From Phycisphaera mikurensis NBRC 102666 (GTDB lineage Bacteria > Planctomycetota > Phycisphaerae > Phycisphaerales > Phycisphaeraceae): a DNA stretch of 32,000 nt. Location: positions 3,060,001 to 3,092,000 of the forward strand of contig NC_017080.1 of assembly GCF_000284115.1 (NCBI RefSeq), in the 5' to 3' direction. The translations under genes were made by a program, and so were the position numbers. The notes under the pieces were generated by a model. That model was not told the DNA's origin. It saw only the letters and a program-made list of their open reading frames with translations, and did not search any database. Shown one piece after another: positions 1 through 10,759 of the stretch. How positions within the stretch are numbered: the stretch's first letter is position 1; each line of letters starts with the position of its first letter.

Positions 1-210
1 ACGCTCAAGCGGCCCGATGAGAAGTTCGTGACCGAGGCCGCTTACGACAACCCCAAGTTCGTGGAGGACATCGTGCGCGACCTCGCGATGGCGATGGAAG
101 CCGACGACCGCGTGTCTTGGTACCGGGTGGGCAGCGAAAACTTCGAGTCCATCCACTCGCACAACGCGTACGCGCAGCTGGAGCACGCGAAGAGCGCGGA
201 GCCGCAATGA
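1..210 (+). CDS. folE2: GTP cyclohydrolase FolE2, C-terminal part (5' truncated by window edge)
   Basis: Frame 1 reads [61 protein letters not shown], matching the FolE2 C-terminal pattern ([17 protein letters not shown]; NFESIH.H.A.A). Confidence 0.75.
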   Translation, partial: TLKRPDEKFVTEAAYDNPKFVEDIVRDLAMAMEADDRVSWYRVGSENFESIHSHNAYAQLEHAKSAEPQ

Positions 211-219
211 AGGCCGCAG

Positions 220-347
220 GAGCGAGCGAAGAAGCGGGGAAGCGGAGAAGCGAAGGCGTCGGCAGGCGCCGGCCGATGCGACACCGTGCTTCGATTCTCT
301 GTGCCTGACCTCTTCGCTTCCCCTCCTCTTCGCTTCTTCGCTTGAGC
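220..347. repeat. Imperfect inverted repeat built from GAAGCGAA-type units, folE2/MFS intergenic
   Basis: Left arm gagcgaagaagcggggaagcggagaagcgaaggcgtcggca; right arm tgcctgacctcttcgcttcccctcctcttcgcttcttcgcttgagcg. Same arm type as 23373-23451. Confidence 0.6.
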
Positions 348-389
348 GGCGCAGCCGCTGCCCGCCCCCCCGCCGAGCCCGACCAAGCG

Positions 390-2333
390 ATGTTCACCAA
401 GCCCCTCACCCCGCTCTGGCGCAACCTCAGCTTCACGCTGATGTGGACCTCCACCGCCGCCAGCGGGTTCGGTGACCGCATGATGATGGTCGCGGCGCTC
501 GCGCTGCTCGGGGCGCTCGGTGCGGCGTCGGAGTCGACGGCGCTCAACGCGGGCACGCAGTTCTGGTTCTTCCTGCCGTACCTGTTCTTCTCGCTGCCGG
601 CGGGCTGGTTGAGCGACCACCTGCCCCGCAAGTGGGTGATGTTCTTCTGCGACGAGAGCCGCGCAGCCATCCTGTTCCTGGGCTTCTGGCTCATCCCACC
701 CGATCTCACCACCGGCGGGATCCCGCTGGAGGATCACTGGAAGGTGATGGGCGTCCTATTTCTGGTCGGAACGGCGGCAAGCTTCTTCAACCCGGCACGC
801 AGCTCGATCGTCCCGCAGGTGGTCGCTCCCAAGCAGCTGCAGGCCGGCAACGCGATCCTGCTGTCGATCAGCGTGATCGCCTCGATGATCGGCCTGGTGG
901 TCGGCGGCTACCTGATCGATCCCGACGAGGGCTCGACGGTGAAGAACGGGCTCTGGCTCGCTTTCCTTCTGTACGCGGTCAGCGGGACCTTCTTCACCTT
1001 CATGCGGGTGAAGGACCCCGTGGTCGAGGATCCCGACGAACCACGTGAGAAGCGGACGCTGATGCAGGCCGCTCGGTACATCCGCTCGCACCCGAAGCTG
1101 ATCCGGCTGATGGGGCTGCACGCGATCGTGTGGGCGGGAGCGATGATCGTGTACTCGGCCGTCCTCGCGGTCGGCAAGATCAACTTCGAGCTTTCGGGCA
1201 ACGACCTCCTGGAGCACTTCGCCTGGATGGGCCCGGTGCTCGGCTTCGGGATGCTGGTGGGGGCGATCCTCGTCGGGCTGATCCGGACGCGGCGCGAGGT
1301 GGTGCTGCCGATGATGCTCAGCCTGCTGCTCGCGGGGCTGTGCGTCACCGTGGTCGCGTTCGTGAAGGTCTACTGGCTCGCGCTGCTGTGCTCGTTCTTG
1401 CTGGGTCTCTTCGGGAACATCACGATCATCAGCGCCCTGACGCTGCTGCAGAGCATCACGCCCAACTACATCCGCGGCCGGGTCATGGGCCTGGACTCGA
1501 TGAGCTCGACGGCGATGTCGGTGATCGTCTCGGCGATCGTCTACCAGATGCCCGACGCCGACCGGAACATCCTCACCGTGATGTACTTCGTGGGGCCGGT
1601 GATGTTCCTCATCGGGCTGGTGCAGCTGGTGCGGCACATGAAGTCGGGCCGGATGGACTCGGCGGCCGCGAACGTGTTCCGCCGCATCGAGCGGTGGTTC
1701 TGCCTGGTCTGGCACCGCCTGGAGTGGACCGACCTGCACCGCGTGCCCCGCACCGGCGGCGTCATCCTCGCGAGCAACCACACGACGGCGCTGGACCCCT
1801 TCCTGCTGCAAGCCGCCGTGCCCCGGCCGATCCGGTGGCTGATGCTCACGAGCTACCGCTTCAGAGCCTTCGAGCCGCTCTGGAGGACGATCGACCCGGT
1901 CTTCCTCGAAGTGGATCCGGCCTCCGACGAGGTCGCTCCGGGGCCGGCGCAGGTGCGGGACCTCGCGAAGCGGCTCCGGGGCGGCGACCTCGTCGGCGTC
2001 TTCCCGGAGGGTCACCTGCAGTACGAGAGCCGGGAACTGGACACCTTCCAGGAGGGCGCCGCCGCCCTCTCCCGCCTGTCGGGTGCCGTCATCGTGCCCT
2101 GCTTCATCAGCGGCACGCCGCGCTCGCGTTCGATGATCACCCACCTCTTCAAGCCCACGCACAGCCGGATCGCCTTCGGGGAGGGCTTCGTCGTCTCCCG
2201 CGGCGACGACGTCGCCGCCGCCACCGCAAGCCTCCGGGCCGCGATCGAACAACTCGCGGCGGAGGAGGCGGAGCGTGCCGAGGGCCGGGGCCGCCGGCGC
2301 TTCCGCCGACGCAAGAAGCTCGACGCGGAATGA
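390..2333 (+). CDS. MFS transporter fused to a C-terminal PlsC-type 1-acyl-glycerol-3-phosphate acyltransferase domain
   Basis: N-terminal multi-TM MFS region (MFTKPLTPLWRNLSFTLMWTSTAASGFGDRMMM...), then acyltransferase motifs NHTTALDP (HX4D) and FPEGHLQ. ATG at 390. Confidence 0.85.
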   Translation: MFTKPLTPLWRNLSFTLMWTSTAASGFGDRMMMVAALALLGALGAASESTALNAGTQFWFFLPYLFFSLPAGWLSDHLPRKWVMFFCDESRAAILFLGFWLIPPDLTTGGIPLEDHWKVMGVLFLVGTAASFFNPARSSIVPQVVAPKQLQAGNAILLSISVIASMIGLVVGGYLIDPDEGSTVKNGLWLAFLLYAVSGTFFTFMRVKDPVVEDPDEPREKRTLMQAARYIRSHPKLIRLMGLHAIVWAGAMIVYSAVLAVGKINFELSGNDLLEHFAWMGPVLGFGMLVGAILVGLIRTRREVVLPMMLSLLLAGLCVTVVAFVKVYWLALLCSFLLGLFGNITIISALTLLQSITPNYIRGRVMGLDSMSSTAMSVIVSAIVYQMPDADRNILTVMYFVGPVMFLIGLVQLVRHMKSGRMDSAAANVFRRIERWFCLVWHRLEWTDLHRVPRTGGVILASNHTTALDPFLLQAAVPRPIRWLMLTSYRFRAFEPLWRTIDPVFLEVDPASDEVAPGPAQVRDLAKRLRGGDLVGVFPEGHLQYESRELDTFQEGAAALSRLSGAVIVPCFISGTPRSRSMITHLFKPTHSRIAFGEGFVVSRGDDVAAATASLRAAIEQLAAEEAERAEGRGRRRFRRRKKLDAE

Positions 2334-2339
2334 ACCGAC

Positions 2340-2385
2340 CCGCGGACCGTGAGCCCTTTGAGCCTCTCCGAGCCGCGGTCCGCGG
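2340..2385. repeat. 46-nt inverted-repeat element, copy A
   Basis: ccgcggaccg-N26-cggtccgcgg, perfect 10-nt arms, starting 7 nt after the stop of the MFS/PlsC gene. Confidence 0.75.
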
Positions 2386-3746
2386 CGAGGCGCGATCGGA
2401 CCCGACCCGCACGTCCCCTTCCTGGCCTCGCTCGCCAGCAGTCCGACCGGAGAGGGCCCGTCGTCCTTCCTCATCATCGAGAACGTTCCGAACGCGGTGG
2501 CGCGACCCGGCAGGTCGAACACCGCGAAATTGGCGGCCTCGGCAGTCCGCAGCACCGGCGCCGAAACGTTCGCTCAAGCAGGCTTCTCACCGAGGTGGCG
2601 GTCTCGCACACCGCGCCTGGTTTCATGCCGCCCCCGCGGGCGGGTCGTGCCCGGCAGCGTCGTCGGCTGCGCCCCCCTGTCGATTGAGGCCGCTTCGCCT
2701 CCTCGTCAGGCAGACGGCCCGCGGACGCAGGGCGGCGAGGACCGCCAAACGCTGCTCCAGGATGCCGCCTCCATCGGGGCAGACCAAGGGAGCCTGCGGC
2801 CCGCCGGAAGGGCGGTCCCGCGGCGACGCGGCCTCAGGGTCCCAGCGCAGGGGATGCGTCCGCCGCCGTGCCCGCAAGCCGCGGGCAGCCTCGGGTCAAA
2901 CGCCCGGCGGACATCGCTCCGCGATTGGATCCGATGCGCCAGCAGGCCGCTGCAGGACCCAGCCTCGGGCGTGAGCGATGGGGTTCTACAGCGGCTTGCA
3001 AGCGCCTGACCCCGTTCGAGGCCGGAGCGGTCGCGGGTGGACGAGCTGGCGACGACGTTCCCCGAGAGGCTCAGGACCCTGGAGCAGGCCAACGCGGCCA
3101 GCCGCCGCAGCCACGGGGCAACGCCAGGTTGTTCTCGGGTGCTGCGCAACGCGATGACACGGCTTCGAGCCTCTGCCCACCCCGTCCGCCGCGTTTCCGG
3201 CTGCCGCCGGACGACCGAGCAAGCCCCCAACCAAGCGGAGCGACCGTCGGAGGGCGTGGGCGGCACCACGCACCGCTGGCGATGGTGTCCGTCAAGTAGC
3301 GCACTTTTGATTCAGCGGTCTCCGGGAAAAGGGTGAAATCGTCGCTGAGCTGCCCGCCGCAGTGAGGGCGGAGCCCGACTGGAGGCGGGCACCTCAGCGA
3401 CCCGGGGCTACCCCGCTTCCGACCCGCCTGCCGCCGTCGGCCGCTACATCCACGGGGTGGATGAGCCACCTGTTTGCCGCCGGTCAAGTAGCCGCTCGAC
3501 GCCGCCGGGCAGAGGACGACCCGTCCCCGCCTGTCCGGAGGGCCATCCAAGAGCAAGCGAGGGAGCGGGCGATGCCGCTCGTGCATCTTGGAGCCTCGCG
3601 TCAGCATCCAGCTGCGAGCCGCGGGCAGCCCCGGTCTGCGGAAGAGACGCGGCGGCTCCATCAGAAGCGACGCGATCGCGGATCCATGCACCCGGCTGGG
3701 CGAGCAGACTCCAATGTGAGAAGCCCAAGCGGGCACGGACCGGCGC

Positions 3747-3780
3747 AAGAAAAAGCCAGCCGTCGCGGGCTGGCTTCTTG
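3747..3780 (-). terminator. Rho-independent terminator for the 16S transcript
   Basis: Minus strand reads aagccagcccgcgacggctggctttttctt: 9-bp stem (aagccagcc/ggctggctt) followed by a T-rich tract. Confidence 0.8.
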
Positions 3781-3787
3781 CTCAGGC

Positions 3788-3818
3788 GGCTCTCCGCAAG
3801 TGAACAGTGGAGTACGAC
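3788..3818 (-). promoter_or_regulatory. 3' (trailer) strand of the 16S precursor processing stem
   Basis: ggctctccgcaagtgaacagtggagtacgac; complementary over 26 of about 31 positions to 5862-5893 (segments of 7, 12 and 7 bp). Confidence 0.8.
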
Positions 3819-3932
3819 TTGACGGCATGTTGCCATGCCGGTATCTGGCCCGATCCGAGGACCGAGCCAGGCGAGGTTGCGTTGACGTTTCGTGATCCGG
3901 ATCGCTCCGGATCACGTCTACTGGTAATCCCG

Positions 3933-5441
<1,509 letters not shown>

Positions 5442-5522
5442 TTGTTCATTGACGCCGCCAACCCGCCCTCAAAGGAGACGGAGGAGGCGGAGGTTGTCTT
5501 TGATGAAGGATTTGACTCTGTT

Positions 5523-5548
5523 CTCCGCAGCACCGGAGTGCTGCGGAG
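5523..5548. promoter_or_regulatory. Perfect hairpin in the 16S leader region
   Basis: ctccgcagcac-cgga-gtgctgcggag: 11-bp stem, 4-nt loop. Confidence 0.6.
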
Positions 5549-5861
5549 CGGTCTCGATGCCCCACCCTTGCAGGAGGGGCACCGTCTCCGGTGGCTAGAC
5601 CGGAGATGTTTTTGTTCAAGGATCCCGGCCCCGCCCCTCACCCGAAGGTGTCAGGACAGTGCCGGGTTGAACGAGGATGGCTCACATCCTGAACCCCTGC
5701 TTTCCTCTCCCGAAGGAGAGGCGGCAGCAGGAATTCTCACAAGGATGTGAACCGCCGAGCAGGCTGTGAAGAATGCTCGGGGGATTTCCTCGCGGACCCG
5801 ATGGACTCCGGCGTGGACTGTGAAGGCCATGCCGGATCGGGGCCGCGAGACACATCCTCGC

Positions 5862-5893
5862 GTCGTACCCAACTGTTCACTTGTCAGAGAGCC
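5862..5893 (-). promoter_or_regulatory. 5' (leader) strand of the 16S precursor processing stem
   Basis: gtcgtacccaactgttcacttgtcagagagcc; reverse complement aligns to 3788-3818 with only two small internal loops. Confidence 0.8.
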
Positions 5894-6222
5894 AAATGCC
5901 GATGCGGCCGGTCTGGCCGCTTCGAGCTCATCGTAGGCTGCGAGTTCCGGATCGAGTCCTGAACAGGCCTGGCCTTCCGACGAGAGACGCCCCGGCAAGG
6001 TGCCAAGGCATCATCTGGTGGCCGCTGCCCCCGCGAGCGGATCGAGAGTTTGCCGGTTCTCCAAGGCCTCGTCAATCGCCTCGCCGGCGCGGGGCAACCT
6101 GTGGGAAAAGATGGGGAGAAGGCGGCCGGGGCGGAGACGCGACCGCGGCGGGGCGATCGGGGATCCGCGGGAGAGGCTCGGAGGCCGCTTACGGGCCGGA
6201 TCCGCCTACTTAGGATCGCGGG

Positions 6223-6654
6223 ATGACCGGTCTTCTCCGCTGTGCTCCCGCCCCGCTCGCCCTGGTCTGTCTGCTGTGCGGCTTCCTGCCCGCGGCCGCG
6301 GGCTGCGGCGACGCGGACCGGAACGCGGCAACCGACGGTGGCGTCGAGGCGCCCGTCGGTCATCGCTACGCGATGGCCGGCGAGGTGCTCTCGGTGGCGG
6401 AAGAGCCGATCGGCGGCCTCCCGCGCCTGACGATCCATCATGACCCGGTCCCGGAGTTCCGGGACTTGGAGACCGGCGAGGTGGTGGGGATGCCCGCGAT
6501 GTCGATGCCCTTCCCACTCGCGGCGGGCTTGAACGCTCCTGCCGTCGGCGAGCGGGTGTCGTTCACGCTCCTGGTCGACGGCGGCGATCACGGCGGGCTG
6601 CCGTACGTGATCGTGGAGCTTGCGCCCGAACCCAAAGGATCGCCCGCGTCCTGA
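6223..6654 (+). CDS. Putative lipoprotein with CusF-like copper-binding domain
   Basis: Lipobox-like LPAAAGC; then GEVLSVAEEPIGGLPRLTIHHDPVPEF...GMPAMSMPFPL...GERVSFTLLV, resembling the GxV..I.H.PI..M..M.F pattern. Confidence 0.6.
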   Translation: MTGLLRCAPAPLALVCLLCGFLPAAAGCGDADRNAATDGGVEAPVGHRYAMAGEVLSVAEEPIGGLPRLTIHHDPVPEFRDLETGEVVGMPAMSMPFPLAAGLNAPAVGERVSFTLLVDGGDHGGLPYVIVELAPEPKGSPAS

Positions 6655-6684
6655 CTTGGAGGAGCCGTCGGGTAGCTTCGCCGC

Positions 6685-7680
6685 ATGGCAGCCCCGCAAC
6701 GCATCCTCGTCACCGGCGGCGCCGGCTTCGTCGGCTCCCGGCTCGTCAAGAAGCTCCAGGAGACGATCCCCGGCGTCGACCTCCTGGTGGTGGACGACTT
6801 CCGCACCGGGACCTTCGCGAACCTCTCCGAGGAGGGGAAGCGGGGCTGGAGCTACCGCGGCCGGGTGATCGCGTACCCGCTGCACGAGGTCGACATCGAC
6901 GGGCTCATCGAGGACTTCGAGCCCGACGCCGTCTACCACGAAGCCTCCATCACCGACACCACGGTGGAGGACGAGGCGGCGATGATCCGCGACAACGTCG
7001 AGCCCTTCGAAGCGTTGCTGGCCGTGTGCCTCGAGAGAGAGATCCCGCTGGTCTGGGTGTCGTCGGCGGCGACCTACGGGACGCAGGCCAGCGGGGCGAC
7101 CGCGGAGCGACGGCTGTTCAAGCCGGACGACGCCGGACGGCCGGCGAACGTCTACGGCTTCTCCAAGTGGGTGATGGAGAACGCCCAGCGGCGGCTGATG
7201 CCGCACTTCCCCGACGGGCACGTCGTCGGGCTGCGCTACTTCAACGTGTTCGGGCCGGGCGAGGCCAACAAGGGGCACATGGCGTCGATGATCCGGCAGC
7301 TGGCCCTGCAGATGCTCGACGGCAAGCGGCCGCGGATCTTCGCCCCGGGCACGCAGGCCCGCGACCACGTGCACGTGAGCGACGTGGTGGACGCGACGAT
7401 CGCGGCGGCGCGGCCCGGGGCGCGAAGCGGGATCTACAACGTGGGCACGGGGGAGGCGACGAGCTTCAACCAGGTGGTGGACGCCCTCAACGAGGCGCTG
7501 GGCACCGATCTGCAGCCGGAGTACTTCGACAACCCCTTCCGCTTCTACCAGGACCACACGCAGGCGGACCTCGCCGAGACGAGGGAGGCTCTCAAGTGGA
7601 AGCCCCGCTTCTCGACCGCGGAGGGGATCAAGCACTACGCGGGGATCCTCAAGAGCGAGCGGGAGGAGAACCGGGGGTGA
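6685..7680 (+). CDS. hldD: ADP-L-glycero-D-manno-heptose-6-epimerase (SDR family)
   Basis: ILVTGGAGFVGSRLVKKL, WVSSAATYG, NVYGFSKWVME, GLRYFNVFGPGEANKGHMASMI, RDHVHVSDVV. Confidence 0.9.
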   Translation: MAAPQRILVTGGAGFVGSRLVKKLQETIPGVDLLVVDDFRTGTFANLSEEGKRGWSYRGRVIAYPLHEVDIDGLIEDFEPDAVYHEASITDTTVEDEAAMIRDNVEPFEALLAVCLEREIPLVWVSSAATYGTQASGATAERRLFKPDDAGRPANVYGFSKWVMENAQRRLMPHFPDGHVVGLRYFNVFGPGEANKGHMASMIRQLALQMLDGKRPRIFAPGTQARDHVHVSDVVDATIAAARPGARSGIYNVGTGEATSFNQVVDALNEALGTDLQPEYFDNPFRFYQDHTQADLAETREALKWKPRFSTAEGIKHYAGILKSEREENRG

Positions 7681-7961
7681 AAGACGCCGAGCCGGGCTCC
7701 GCGAGCCGGCGCCCGGGACGCTCCGCACGTCTTGAGCGGCGCATGCCCAGGCGGAGCGTGGTGCCGCACCCGACGCATCGCGACGCGGAGCGAGCCGGGT
7801 GCAGCGTCGGGCCACCGCGTGGAGCGTCATCCCCGCGGCTCGGCGGGGGCCGCGTCGCGGAGCGGCTTGCGCGGGCAGAAGGCCGCGTCGTGCGCGTCCA
7901 CCGCTGAGCGAGCAGGAGCCCCGTCCCAGCCCGCCGACCGGCGTTGAGGCCGCCGCGGTCG

Positions 7962-8477
7962 TCAGGCCCCGGTGAATCCGGCCAGCACCTTCTCCCACCT
8001 CCCGCCGGCCTTCAGCAGCCGCTCGATCGCCTCGCGGACGGCCCCGCAGCCCCCTTTGGCCTCGGTCACGAGGTCGGCGGCGGCGCGCACCTCGGCCGCG
8101 GCGTCGGCGGGGGCGACGGCGTAGCCGCAGCGAGCCATCGGGCCCAGGTCGGGCAGGTCGTCGCCCATGTAGGCGGCCTCTTCGGGCTGCACGCGGGCGG
8201 CGGTGAGCAGGCGGCGGAGGTCGCGGCTCTTGTCGCTGCTGCCCTGGATCACCAGTTCGACGCCGAGCTCGGCGGCGCGGCGGGTGAGGGCGGCGGAGGT
8301 GCGGGCGGTGAGGATGCCGATGGCGAGGCCGGCGCCGGGCGCGGCCTTGATGGCGAGGCCGTCGCGGGTGTGGAAGCGCTTGAGTTCGACCTCGCCGGGG
8401 CCGTAGAAGAGGCCGCCATCGGTCAGCACACCGTCGACGTCGAGCACGAGGAGGCGGAGGGTTCCCGGGGCGGTCAT
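7962..8477 (-). CDS. kdsC: 3-deoxy-D-manno-octulosonate 8-phosphate phosphatase (YrbI family HAD)
   Basis: LLVLDVDGVLTDGGLFYGPGEVELKRFHTRDGLAIK, ILTARTS, YMGDDLPDL. Confidence 0.88.
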   Translation of the reverse strand: MTAPGTLRLLVLDVDGVLTDGGLFYGPGEVELKRFHTRDGLAIKAAPGAGLAIGILTARTSAALTRRAAELGVELVIQGSSDKSRDLRRLLTAARVQPEEAAYMGDDLPDLGPMARCGYAVAPADAAAEVRAAADLVTEAKGGCGAVREAIERLLKAGGRWEKVLAGFTGA

Positions 8478-8518
8478 CGCCGGAAGCTACCCGGCGAATG
8501 GCGGGGCGGCCTCCAGAA

Positions 8519-8564
8519 CCGCGGACCGCGGCGGGTTGCCGCTCCAACGGCCGACGGTCCGCGG
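8519..8564. repeat. 46-nt inverted-repeat element, copy B
   Basis: ccgcggaccg-N26-cggtccgcgg, perfect arms, beginning 2 nt past the kdsD stop on the minus strand. Confidence 0.75.
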
Positions 8565-8566
8565 AT

Positions 8567-9634
8567 TCAGCCGCCGCCGCGGTCGACGAGGCGGAAGGCG
8601 ACGAGATCCTGGATGTCCAGGAGGCCGATCGGGCGGTTGTCGCCGTCGACGACGGGCACCTCGTCGATCCGCAGGCGGCGGACGAGCTCGGCGGCGTCCC
8701 GCATCGTGGCTCCGGGGCCGAGGTGCTTCGGGTCGCGGGTCATGACCGCGGCGAGCGGGCGCGACAGCGGGTCCCCGTCGCCGCCCCGGAAGACCAGGCG
8801 GCGGAGGTCGCCGTCGGTGAAGACCCCGACGAGGCGGCCGTCGGGGCCGACGACCACCAGGGCGCCGGCCCGGCGGACGCCGGCGGCGCCCGCGGCGGCC
8901 GCGGCGGCGTCGAAGCCCGCCCGCACGGTGGCGTCCGCCGGCACCGCGGCGAGGTTCGCGGACGCGCCGCCGCAGCGGAAGCGGAGCGCCTCGGCGACGG
9001 GGGTCATCAGCCGGCCGAGGCCGCCACCGCCGTGGAAGCGGTGGAAGTCGCGCTCGCCGAAGCCCCGACGCGCCGCGCAGCACAGCGCCAGGGCGTCGCC
9101 GAGCGCGAGCGTGGCGGCCGTGCTGGCCGTGGGCGCAAGGCCCAGCGGTGGCGCCTCCACCACGCGGCCGATCGACAGGGCGTGGTCGCTGAGGGCGGCC
9201 AGCTCGCCGCCGCGGCCGCCGGTGATCGAGACGATCGGCGTGCCGGCGTCGGCCAGCCGCTCGGCGAGCGCGACGACCTCGGCGGTGTCGCCCGAGTGCG
9301 AGAGCAGGAGCGCGGCGTCGCCGGGGCGGACGCGTCCGAGGCCGCCGTGGAAGGCTTCCACCGGGTCGAGCGGGTGCGAGGGCGTGCCGGTGGAGGCGAA
9401 GGTGGCGGAGAGCTTGGCGGCGATCTGGCCGGACTTGCCCACGCCCGCCACCAGCAGCACCCCCCCGCTCTCGCCGGCGGCGAGCAGCGCCGAGACGGCG
9501 GCGGCGAAGGCGGCGCCGGGCTCGACGCCGCGGACCGCGTCGGCCTCGGCGTCGAGCACGCGGCGGGCGAGGGCGAGGGTGTCGCGGTCCGCGGGATCGG
9601 CGGCGGCATCGGGCTGCGGGGCGGTTGGAGCCAT
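8567..9634 (-). CDS. kdsD: Arabinose-5-phosphate isomerase, KpsF/GutQ family (SIS domain plus two CBS domains)
   Basis: GVLLVAGVGKSGQIAAKLSATFASTGTPSHPLDPVEAFHGGLG, LLLSHSGDTAEV, C-terminal VGVFTDGDLRR and IDEVPVVDGDNRPIGLLDIQDL. Confidence 0.88.
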   Translation of the reverse strand: MAPTAPQPDAAADPADRDTLALARRVLDAEADAVRGVEPGAAFAAAVSALLAAGESGGVLLVAGVGKSGQIAAKLSATFASTGTPSHPLDPVEAFHGGLGRVRPGDAALLLSHSGDTAEVVALAERLADAGTPIVSITGGRGGELAALSDHALSIGRVVEAPPLGLAPTASTAATLALGDALALCCAARRGFGERDFHRFHGGGGLGRLMTPVAEALRFRCGGASANLAAVPADATVRAGFDAAAAAAGAAGVRRAGALVVVGPDGRLVGVFTDGDLRRLVFRGGDGDPLSRPLAAVMTRDPKHLGPGATMRDAAELVRRLRIDEVPVVDGDNRPIGLLDIQDLVAFRLVDRGGG

Positions 9635-9679
9635 GTCGGGAGCGGCGGGTGCCGCCGCGGTTTTACCCTGCCGCCGCCG

Positions 9680-10738
9680 ATGGCCGAAGCCCCGCCCCCC
9701 ACCCAGGCCGCTGCGCCGGCCGAGCGCGAAGCCGACGAGGCCGGTGCGGAGGCCGCCCATCGGGTCGAGCTCGACGCGTTCGAGGGCCCGCTGGACCTGC
9801 TGCTGCACCTGGTGAAGCGGCACGAGATCGACCTCTTCGACATCCCGATGGCCGAGCTCGTCCAGCAGTACCTCGAGCACGTGCGGGCGATCGAGGTGCT
9901 CGACGTCGACCGCGCCGGCGCCTTCCTGGTGATGGCGGCGACGCTGGTGGAAGTCAAGAGCCGCACGCTGGTGCCGGCCGCCGGCCGCGGCGACGACGCG
10001 AAGGACGCGGCGGAGCTGGAGGAGGCCGCCGCGGCGGATCCGCGGCTGGAGCTGGTGCAGCAGCTGCTCGCGTACCGGCGTTTCAAAGAAGCGGCGGCTG
10101 CGCTGGAGGCGCGACGCTTGGACTGGGAGTCGCGGCACCCGGCCGCGGCGGGCCGCTCGGAGGCGGCCGACGAGGACCCCCACGCCCCGCCGCCGCTGGA
10201 ACTCGACGAGGCCAACGCGATGGACCTCACCCACGCCTTCGCCCGCGCGATGGAGGCGATCGGGCACGTGGGGGATCACGAGGTCGAGGTCGACGACACG
10301 CCGATCTCGCTGCACGCCGAGGACATCGCCGACCGCATCGCCCGCGACGGCGGCGAGGCCCGGACGCTGACGCTCGGGCAGGTGATCGCCGGCCGCGGCC
10401 GCGGCGAAGCGATCGGGCTGTTCCTGGCGCTGCTCGAGCTCGTCCGGCAGCGCCGGCTGACGGTCGCGGCGGGCGGAGCCGCGGACGGGACGGAGACCAG
10501 GCTGTCGCTGCGTGATCCCGACACCGAGGAGGAGCTGGACGCGGACGCGGAGGCGGAGGCGCCGGACGTGGAAGACCTCGACGCCTTCGATTGGGCGGAG
10601 CCGGCGGCCCGGGAGCGGCACGCGCGACGCCTGCGGCTGCGGGCGCAGCGGGCGGCGGAGGAAGCGGCGGACGCCCCCGCGGGACCCCGCCCGCCGGAGG
10701 TGCCGCCCGGGCCGGCCGGGCACGCCGCGCCGGCGTGA
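9680..10738 (+). CDS. scpA: Segregation and condensation protein A
   Basis: RVELDAFEGPLDLLLHLVKRHEIDLFDIPMAELVQQYLEHV...AATLVEVKSRTLVP and a C-terminal ...IGLFLALLELVRQRRLTV helix. Confidence 0.9.
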   Translation: MAEAPPPTQAAAPAEREADEAGAEAAHRVELDAFEGPLDLLLHLVKRHEIDLFDIPMAELVQQYLEHVRAIEVLDVDRAGAFLVMAATLVEVKSRTLVPAAGRGDDAKDAAELEEAAAADPRLELVQQLLAYRRFKEAAAALEARRLDWESRHPAAAGRSEAADEDPHAPPPLELDEANAMDLTHAFARAMEAIGHVGDHEVEVDDTPISLHAEDIADRIARDGGEARTLTLGQVIAGRGRGEAIGLFLALLELVRQRRLTVAAGGAADGTETRLSLRDPDTEEELDADAEAEAPDVEDLDAFDWAEPAARERHARRLRLRAQRAAEEAADAPAGPRPPEVPPGPAGHAAPA

Positions 10739-10759
10739 CGCCACCTCGCGGCCGATCGT

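Noticed and set aside
2386-3740. tRNA-Ile/Ala or 23S start downstream of 16S
   Set aside because: No cloverleaf-type conserved boxes or 23S-like sequence were seen, and a terminator closes the 16S transcript at 3747-3780.
3362-3895. Plus-strand ORF of 177 aa beside the 16S gene
   Set aside because: It overlaps the 16S trailer stem and terminator on the other strand and has no recognisable domain.
5893-6130. 16S promoter on the minus strand (a TACGAT-like -10 near 5935)
   Set aside because: No convincing -35 at proper spacing could be identified, so no promoter was called.
9528-9594. CCGCGGACCG and CGGTCCGCGG arms inside kdsD as another 46-nt element
   Set aside because: The arms are 67 nt end to end, not 46. 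The matches may be coding coincidence, so it is not counted in the family.
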